A DNA stretch of 64,000 nucleotides from Octopus vulgaris (taxonomy: Eukaryota). The DNA lies in NCBI GenBank assembly GCA_951406725.2, contig OX597823.1:80848001-80912000 (forward strand), given 5' to 3'. This document shows positions 53,784 to 63,403 of this stretch, one piece after another; position 1 is the stretch's first letter, and every line of letters begins with the position of its first letter. A program made the translations under genes and the position numbers. Below the pieces are notes generated by a model. That model was not told the DNA's origin. It ran no database searches and saw only the letters and a program-made list of their open reading frames with translations.

Positions 53784-56567
53784 TGTGTGTGTGAGTGTGT
53801 CTATGTGTGTGTGTTTGTGCATGTGCATGTGTTTATGTTAATTCTTACCTATGCATCACCATATCACAGGATGTTGTAAATGTACATCAGTGCCATGCAA
53901 ACAAGATTGTACACTTTCAGTCTCCTGCTAAAAACGTATCTAGCTATGAGTAAAATATTACCTTGTTTGGAAACAGGTGAGGGTTGATGACAAGAGGAGC
54001 CTCTGGCCATAGGAAAATCTGCCTTAACATATTCCTTCTGACCCATGCAAGCATGGAAAAGTGGAAATTAAAATATAAAGACTATGATGATGATGGCAGG
54101 TTCTATTTAAGAATATAAGAATATCTGGGCACAGGTGTGGCTGTATGGTAAGAGGCTTGTTTTCCAACCACATGGTTCCAGGTTCAGTTCCACTCTGTGG
54201 CACTTTAGGCAAGTGTCTTCTATTATAGCTTCAGGCTGGCCAAAGCCTTGTGAGTGGATTTGGTAGATGAAAACTGAAAGCTCTTTGTATAAATATGTGG
54301 GATGTGTGTGTGTGTGTGTGTGTGTGTGAGGGAGAGAGAGAGAGTGTTTGTGTGTCTTTGTGTGTGTATTTGTCCATCACCATCACTTGACAACTGGTGT
54401 TGGTGTGTTCACATCCTCTATAACCTATTGGTTTGGGAAAAGAAACCGATAGAAAAAGTACCAGGCATGAAAAGAATAGAAAGGTATTGGGGTTGATCCA
54501 TTCAACTAAAATCCTTCAAGGCAATACCCCAGCATGGTCGCAGTCTGATGACTGAAACAAACAAAAGATAAAAAATAAAAAAATACTAATGCTTGTCTAT
54601 AAGGTGTTTGTAAGCATTATAATATTTATATAAAATAATTCTATGTCTAGTGAAGATTTGGTTTGTTTTTTCCCCACAATTATTTTTATGTATTTAGTGG
54701 ATTTTTAAAAAAATTTTGTGAGGAAACTAATTTTGTCTTATATTCTGTCTCAATATCAAACAGATTTATTTCTATTTCTTTTAATATTTAGATCCAGGGA
54801 TTGTGTGGAAACTTCAATCATGATATCAATGATGAATTTTATGAATCTTCTAGTCTGCTTATGGATAAGTATAGCTTTGTCTCAGCATATAAAGAGGAAC
54901 TCTGCCCTGAACCACAAAGGAAAGACATTGAAACGCATCCGTGTTCTGCATTTTCATTTGTAAGTTTCGTGAAATTCCTTCTAACTTTTTGAAACAAGAA
55001 AGAAAAAGATAATTTTCATGTTTTGTTTCATCTGCTGAACACAGACATTGTACTACTATAAGAATTTTTTCTATACTAGAGGGACTTTGGTCCTGCAAGT
55101 ATAGAAGGTGATGGCTACTTTAATGTGCTCATTCTATAATCTTTATTGGAAATAAAATATACTGACCTGAAGTTAAACAGCAACAACATTTCCCTTTATA
55201 TATTCTCTAAACAATTTTAAAAATTTTATATCCCAAAACCACCCTGGTAATGCTTGTCTGTGAAGAGCTCTGCCTCATCAACCTTCTCCCCCATCCACAT
55301 TTCATCTCTCAACACCCAAAAAGCACTTGTGCTGGTGCCATGTAAAAAGCACCCTGTACACTCTGTAAAGTGGTTGGCATTAGGAAGGGTATCCAGTTGT
55401 TGAAACTAAGCCAAAACATGATAGTATTAATAGGAGAATATGAGTTTCTTATATTAAATAATATCAAATAGTAATGGTTTTTCACATTAAATAATACTCT
55501 TATTAATTTTTTACATTAAATAACAATGGTTTCATACATTGGCAGAGTGGTATAATTTATTCCACATTCATCAGTGTTACTCTTGGGGAAAATATGAATG
55601 AATTAATGTCTAATTTCCCTTTCTCTGGACTGCATCAAAGTAGCAAAGTGAGTAAGAGAAGGAAATGTACTGAGCTACTGGAGCCATATGCCAAATCAAT
55701 GGGTAGCATACCATTGAGGTAGAATGCAGAGAATTTTCAGGCCAGTCCTCTGCAGAGTGTACAACATGTTTGGCATCACAGGAACCTGTGGGTAGAAGAA
55801 AGACATCATGTTGGTTGTAGAATCATGAGAGGTTTCCTCAAGGTGGCTGTAGATCTTGGGGTTCAGACCCTGGAAGGGGCAGTGCTACCAGAAGTTCAGT
55901 GCTAACTGGACACAAGCGAGGGTTTGATCAACCCTGGTTGAGTCACCTGGGTGTGGGTATCTGATAATGAAAGATTCAAAACACCTAACGAACCCAGGAA
56001 ACAATGCTGATGATAGATCCAGCTGCATCATAGGATGATGTTTAAAAAATGGCTTCAAATCTGTAAAGGTCCAATTATTCTAAATAATTATTATTTCTAA
56101 CTATTTTCCAATTTATAAATTGAATAATAAGAGAAATTATTTTCTTTCAGAATATAAAACAAAAAGATGAAAATTGTGCCATATTTGAAAATAGTGAGTT
56201 ATTAGGTGCCTGTTATGATGTGGTTCCTTATGAACATTTCTTCCATCTTTGTCAAAAAGAGATGTGTACCAGTACTCACAACAACAATGCTGCAATGTGT
56301 ATCATACTTGAAACCTACCTTAGAGAGTGTGCACTCCATGGGACACATATTAAATTATCAAAGGCCATTGCTGAAAAATGTTGTAAGTACACTGTCTTTA
56401 ATATGGCATAATTGTTTTGATGTTAAGGATTTTGTTTTGCTTTATGCATAATTTTGATGTTAGTTATCTGCATGTTTTAAAAGATCAAATTTAAGGGACT
56501 CTTTATACACATATACATATATGTATAAACATTCATACATACATACATACAAACATAAACACACACA

Positions 56568-56630
<63 letters not shown>

Positions 56631-57473
56631 ACACACACACAACTTACAAGTTTAGGTGTATACCTGTAATTATTGGGTCATTGGGATATGTAACACACTG
56701 CCTAAGTACCAATATTGAGAAATTAGGCTTCTCAGAACCAGAAAGGGGAAAGCTGATTTGAAGATTACAGATCCAAGCCATCACTGGAACTGGAAAAATT
56801 TGTAAAATTTTGCAGAAGTTTACCATTTAAGTAAATATGAGCATGTCTAGACATGCAACTATATACAGGAAAATCACACATAAAACAAAACATACAAATC
56901 TGCATATGCACTGACTTCAAATATTGCACATATACACACATACATGCAAAAATATCCTGTTGGAGAAATTCTAATGACAAAGCCTTGGATCTAGGTTAGA
57001 AACTGGCTCTTTTTCTTTTGGAAAGAAAATTCAGAAATAAAACTGAATAATGACATACACACACATACATTCCTTCAATTCAAAATAAAATGAACCTAGT
57101 GAAATAAGTTAAATGGGTGAATAGCATGTATATAAATATATATATACATACATATATAAACTGTTGTGTCTGGGGAGAGTCATTTTCTTTTTGTGCTTTA
57201 TAATTTAACACACTCACCAGTAAAATTTCGATTTACTTTTATTTTCCTAAAACTTTCGTTGCATCTTGCAACCTTTTCAATAGTCTTGAAAAGATTGCAA
57301 GACGCAACGAAAATTTTAGGAAAATGAAAATAAGGAATAAGTGGAAATTTGACTGGTGAATTATAAGGCACAAAAAGAAAATGACTCTCCCCAGACACGA
57401 CAAAATATGCTTCAACACACAAACTCATATAAAGAATCTTGCAAACCAAATTCAAAAATGAAATACATACATA

Positions 57474-57518
<45 letters not shown>

Positions 57519-57534
57519 ATATACACACGCACAT

Positions 57535-57566
<32 letters not shown>

Positions 57567-59951
57567 GTGGATAAACAAAAGTGGTACTCAGCATATTTGG
57601 TAGGGGTTACATATATCATTTAATAACAGTTTTACTCACTTCCATGCAACTCAGACTTTCTTGGGCTTATTGGACAAACCCATCTCTAGATATCTGATGG
57701 GATGGGTTCATGCTATGAGCCCACAAAGAAATCATATGGACTGGTGTCAAACTATTATTAAATTCATGAGGCATAAGTTCAACACTTGCCCAATGTTATG
57801 TGCAGTGCAATCAGACCTAGAACTATGTAGTTGTGAAGTGAACTTCTTCTCTTGAATATTTGAATGTTTATAGTAATAAGTTTTAGGAATTTAAACAGGA
57901 AAAAGGATCATAAACATTAATGTACCCTACTTCTTAGTATAGAGATTTTAGTTTATGTTTGATATTAGGATTCTTTATTTCTCCTTTTATTTTAGAATTA
58001 TTCTAAAATCTTCTCATTTATTCCAGCTTTTCAATGTCCACATGAGAAAAATAAACAATATACTCTATGTTCATCTTGCAAAGCAACATGCCATACATTT
58101 GAGTCCAAGTCAGATTCATGTGAAGAAGATTGCATCCCAGGTTGTGTATGTACATCAGGTACTTATCTAAACAGTGATGGTAAATGTGTGCCACTGGAAA
58201 GTTGTGACTGCGTTGATGTATCTACTAGTAAAAAATACCCTGCTGGCTCAGAGTTCTTTAATTCATGTGGAAAATGGTAAGTGATAGTATTTATAGGTTT
58301 TAGTAAAATATTTCTTATGTTGATTGAAACATAGGTATTTTAAACTTTTTAACCCCAACAATGTCAAGGTCAGTTACTCTTGTTTAAATGACATTACTAC
58401 TAGCATTGCATGCTACATGAAGCAAATGCACTCCTACACAGCCTCCAATACATACCCCAACCTGTGACTGCCGAAACTCTACCAACTGCCCACTAACAGG
58501 ATCCTGCCTTTTGAAGGCTGTGGTCTATAAAGTCACCCTATCACCATCCAGTGGCATTACAAGACACTGGACACTGCATGGGCATAAGAGCTAATACCTT
58601 CTGATGGAGGGATAGGGAAAACACCACCACCTTGTCCTGTTTTATCTGGAGGCCCCATGACCATTGGATCAATTCCCTCAACATCAGATGAAATATCATT
58701 GACAGAGCCCTTCCATACTCATCTGGAACTTTCAATTGTCGATTTTGCCCCTATGAGAGGCTGCAGTGTCCATTAACAGGAAGAGTGAATTATCTTATTG
58801 TTACTACCAGAAGTACACTATGTTTATGTACTTTAAGCCACTAGCAGCTGACAATCCAGATACACCACTCAAGGCCTGGCTCCTCCATACTCAAGGACAT
58901 TGTACAAACTATGACCCTGTTCATACTGAGAATACAATCTAGCACTACCAAATCTGGTTACTCTTATGGAAAGGCCGTTGCTGCTTTAGTATTACTTCTC
59001 CATTAACCTGAGACAATACTCCACTTTGCCATATGTAGCAGCAACAGCAACAAACTGATGTTACTGAATATATCATACCACAGCACCCAGACATAGCCAT
59101 GACAACTACCTACCTACATCTTGTCTGTCCATATAGGCTTTATAACAAAGAAAATAATTGATGCCGCTTCCATACCAATAATGTTACATGACCTGAGATT
59201 AATAACAGAGGTCATCTTGAATTTGTCTCATATCTTGGTACTCTATCTCTGGACACCTGATGAGTCAGGTTCATTTAACAAGCCTATAGAATTTTAAGCT
59301 GCATGGAGATGAGTCAAACTGTAATTAAATAATATATGTGTGCATCTATCCACATCACTGCTTGACAACATGTATTGGTTTGTTTATGTTACAATAACTA
59401 AGGGGTTAGGCAAAAGTAATCAATAGAATAAATACCAGGTGCAAAAAGAAGTGCTGGGGTTGATTTGTTTGACTAAACCCTTCAAGGCGGTGCTCCAGCA
59501 TGGCTGCAGTCTGGTGACTAAAACAAGTAAAAGAGGATAAGAATTTCTAGAAACGGTTTCTAAGCTGCAATATTTATATATTTTAAAATTCATGATAATT
59601 TGTCTTTCACATCTTCTGACCAGTCACCTTACTGGCACATGAAAAAACATTTGAGCAAGGTTGTTGCCAGTGTAGCTGGACTGGCTCCTGTGCAGGTGGC
59701 ATATAAAAAACACCATTTGAACGTGGCCATTGCCAGTACCGCCTGACAGGCCCTCATGCCGGTGGCACGTAAAAGCACCCACTACACTCTTAGAGTGGTT
59801 GGCATTAGGAAGGGCATCTAGCTGTAGAAACTCTGCCAGATCAGATTGGAGACTGGTGCAGCCATCTGGTTCGCCAGTTCTCAGTTAAATCGTCCAACCC
59901 ATGCTAGCATGGAAAGCGGACGTTAAATGATGATGATGATGATGATGATGA

Positions 59952-59994
<43 letters not shown>

Positions 59995-62900
59995 TTTAGA
60001 AGTTATTTGATAATGGAGACCTATCTTAAAATTTAATATCTTCTGATTTTTTTTTTTATAAGCAAATGTGTCAATGGTACATTCAAATGTTCCAAAGAAA
60101 AATGCAAGGAAGAAGTTATTTGCCCGAAGAATCAAATATATTATGAAAATGTAACCTGTGTAAAAACTTGTCAAAAATTAGCACATCAAGGGAAATGTAC
60201 GACTCTGCCTCATCAAGGTTGTGCTTGTAAAACTGGAGATGTTGTCGGGCCTGATGTGAGTATTATGAATTATAAATTTCGCTTTATAAACTTTAATCAA
60301 GGTATTATATTTATTGGAAAAGTCCAATAAACTCTTTCTGACCCATGTTAACATAGAAAAGTGGATGTTAAAATAATGATAATAAAGAAGTTGGTGTGGT
60401 TATGAGATTGCCACATTGCAACCATTGTTTCTCTATAATAACAACTGTGCCTCTTCTAATTTGTTAATTGGTTCTTTTATAATTACTTTATTGATTTCTC
60501 ACATCTGTACAAGGACACAAATTTTCACAAGATATTTATTTCATAATTAATATTGCCATGTCGCCTAATATTAGAATTTGAATTTTCTTGTTCTATATTC
60601 CCAACATTTGTTAATTCCTCTTGTTTGGTAAAAACATTATTTTTTCCATTTATTTTTGATTTGCCATGTTAGTATATGAAGAAGAGTAAAGGTGCATGGC
60701 TTAGTGATTTTGGGGTTTGGGCTCACGATCTCAAGGTTGTAAGTTCAATTCCTAGCCCTTGAGCAAGACACTTTATTTCATTTGCTCCAGTTCACTCAGC
60801 TCGCAAAAATGAGTAGTACCTGTATTTCAAAGGGCCAGCTTTGTCACATTCTTTTATTTTTTCTTTATTGCCCACAAGGAGCTAAACATAGAGGGGGCAA
60901 ACAAGGACAAAGGGATTAAGTTGATTACATCGAGCCCAGTGAGTAACTAGTACTTAATTTATCGACCCCAAAAGGATGAAAGGCAAAGTCGACCTTGGCA
61001 GAATTTGAACTCAGAATGTAACGGCAGACGAAATAACGCTAAGCATTTCACCTGGCGTGCTAACGTTTCTGCCAGCTTGCCACCTTGTATTCTGTGTCAC
61101 ACTGAATCTCCCTGAGAACTATGTTAAGGGTACACATGTCTGTGGAGGGCTCAGCGACATGCCCATTAAATTTCACAAGCAGGATGTTCTGTTGATCGGA
61201 TCAATTGGAACTCTTGTCATCATAACCGATGGAGTGCCATATGAAAAAGAGTTTGCAAATGAGAAAATAATCTTCTTCAACTGCCTCAGATGATGGATAT
61301 AAGCTGAATTAATTTTCTGCAGTTTATTACTGGTTCTTATTTTTAAATCAGTGTAGAATAGTGGAACTTTAGTACCATTATACACTTACAGCCATTATCC
61401 AGAGTTTCAGACACTCCATGCAATTAATGATAATGACTATAATAATTATGTTGTATTCGTTTATATTGTAGGGTTCTTGTGTGAAACCATCATTATGTCC
61501 TTGTCGTTATGACCAATATTGGAAGCCATCAGGATCAAGTATAAAAATTGGCTGCAAAAAATTGTATGTTTTCAAAGAATTTCTCTTTCCTTTATATAAA
61601 TCCTCTACACTATAAATACATGTATTTGGCGACATAAAGAATGCACAGGTATATTAGAAACATTATGCGAAGATAATGCTGTAATTAGTATATTTGAATA
61701 TAGTGACCAGGGATGACAAATCCAATAAGATTAGCTATCTCCTGTAGGAGTGAGGAAATAAATGAGAGAGTGATAGAGACATTGCCAATTTCTATGGATA
61801 AAGGAAAATATTCCATGAAGGTCCTTTAGATAGTAATTAGTTTCATCCTTAATTTTAATGAAACCTCTCTTTTTTTCTAATTGATAAGTTACTGGCTAAG
61901 TCATGCTTAAAATTTCTAAAATAAATGAAATAATACTATATATAATTACCACTAACTAGAAGTTGTAAAAACTTTGTAATTAATAGAAATAAGTTAAATA
62001 TTTATTCTACGCATATTCTTCCTTGTATCAAGTTAGAGGAGTTTAATACCTCTAAGGGATAATCAAATCCAAAGCCGCTCCTGGCTATTAGCTGGGTAGG
62101 TACAGTCTTTTGTAAGATTGTAAGCAAGTGGTTCAGTTGATAAACTGGAGTTTAGGTTATATAAGAGAAGAAAGTGGATATAATAACAATGGGAGACTTG
62201 TGGATTACGCTGGAATGCTTTTAATTAAATAGGTAACAGAAAATTAAGAAGCAGAGATGAGGATGGCATTTACGCTGCTTCTTAATTTTCTGTTACCTAT
62301 TTAATTAAAGAGATGCCAGTGTAATCCACAAGTCTCCCATTGTTATTATATCCATTTTCTTCTCTTATATATTCTTCCTTGTATTCCTAATTTTAAATCT
62401 CAGTTTCTAATCCCACCTTATGTTATGAGGGAATGGTTATTTCCCTTATATTAGTGGCTACAACCAAAGGGCACCACAAGTATTTAGGTTAATATTTTTA
62501 AGATTGCCTCAAAGATATATTATTTACAATTATGTTATTTTTACAGATTCTGTAGTGGTGGAATATGGCAAAGTAAGAAAATTAAAGACTGTCCAGGTAT
62601 ATCCTCATTACTGCCTTTACATCATTGCATCAGTTTCATCATTATCAAATTCATCATTTATTTGTCTGTTCCTTTAGATTGAATCAGAGCTCACTTCTGT
62701 CTTTTTGTCAGTTTACTAGTTTTCATATAAATAAGTTCAATCCAAAAGTACAATGCACCTACTTTAAAGACACATCAAAGATTTAAGTGTGCTCTCAGTA
62801 ACCTAGAAATTGATGTAAATCTCCACCTTTATTAACTTTTTCCCCAGTATAGCTGTAGTTTAATGACTGAAGCAAGTAAACAAAAAAAAAAGGGAATTAA

Positions 62901-63372
62901 ATTTTGATTTGTGAGTTCAAGGCTTAATTGTGGTTGAAGAAAGGTTTATTTTTGAAATATGTTCAGAGAAAGAAAAGGTGTGCCTATTATTTTACAAAAC
63001 TCTCAGACTATGATATAGAAACAGCTAGAATATATGTAGGCTTATGTTACCAGGAAAAACATAGGTGGAAGTGAATACTTGATGTTTACAGTTCAGAGAA
63101 AACTTTTGCATTTTTGTTTTTTCCTTCATTTTTAACTCTAAAACTTCAAGTCTATGAAAATATTTATTGATATGCTGATAAACTTTTACTATTATCATTG
63201 TGCAGGTGGCACGTAAAAAGCACCCACTACACTCGCGGAGTGGTTGGCGTTAGGAAGGGCATCCAGCTGTAGAAACACTGCCAGATCAGACTGGAGCCTG
63301 GTGCAGCCCTTGGCTTCCCAGACCCCAGTCGAACCGTCCAACCCATGCCAGCATGGAAGACGGACGTTAAAC

Positions 63373-63403
<31 letters not shown>

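Noticed and set aside
2864-54212. Recurrent ORFs such as MPKVPRSGTEPGTMWLVSKLLTTQPL
   Set aside because: Antisense translation of the family A SINE head, not a gene family
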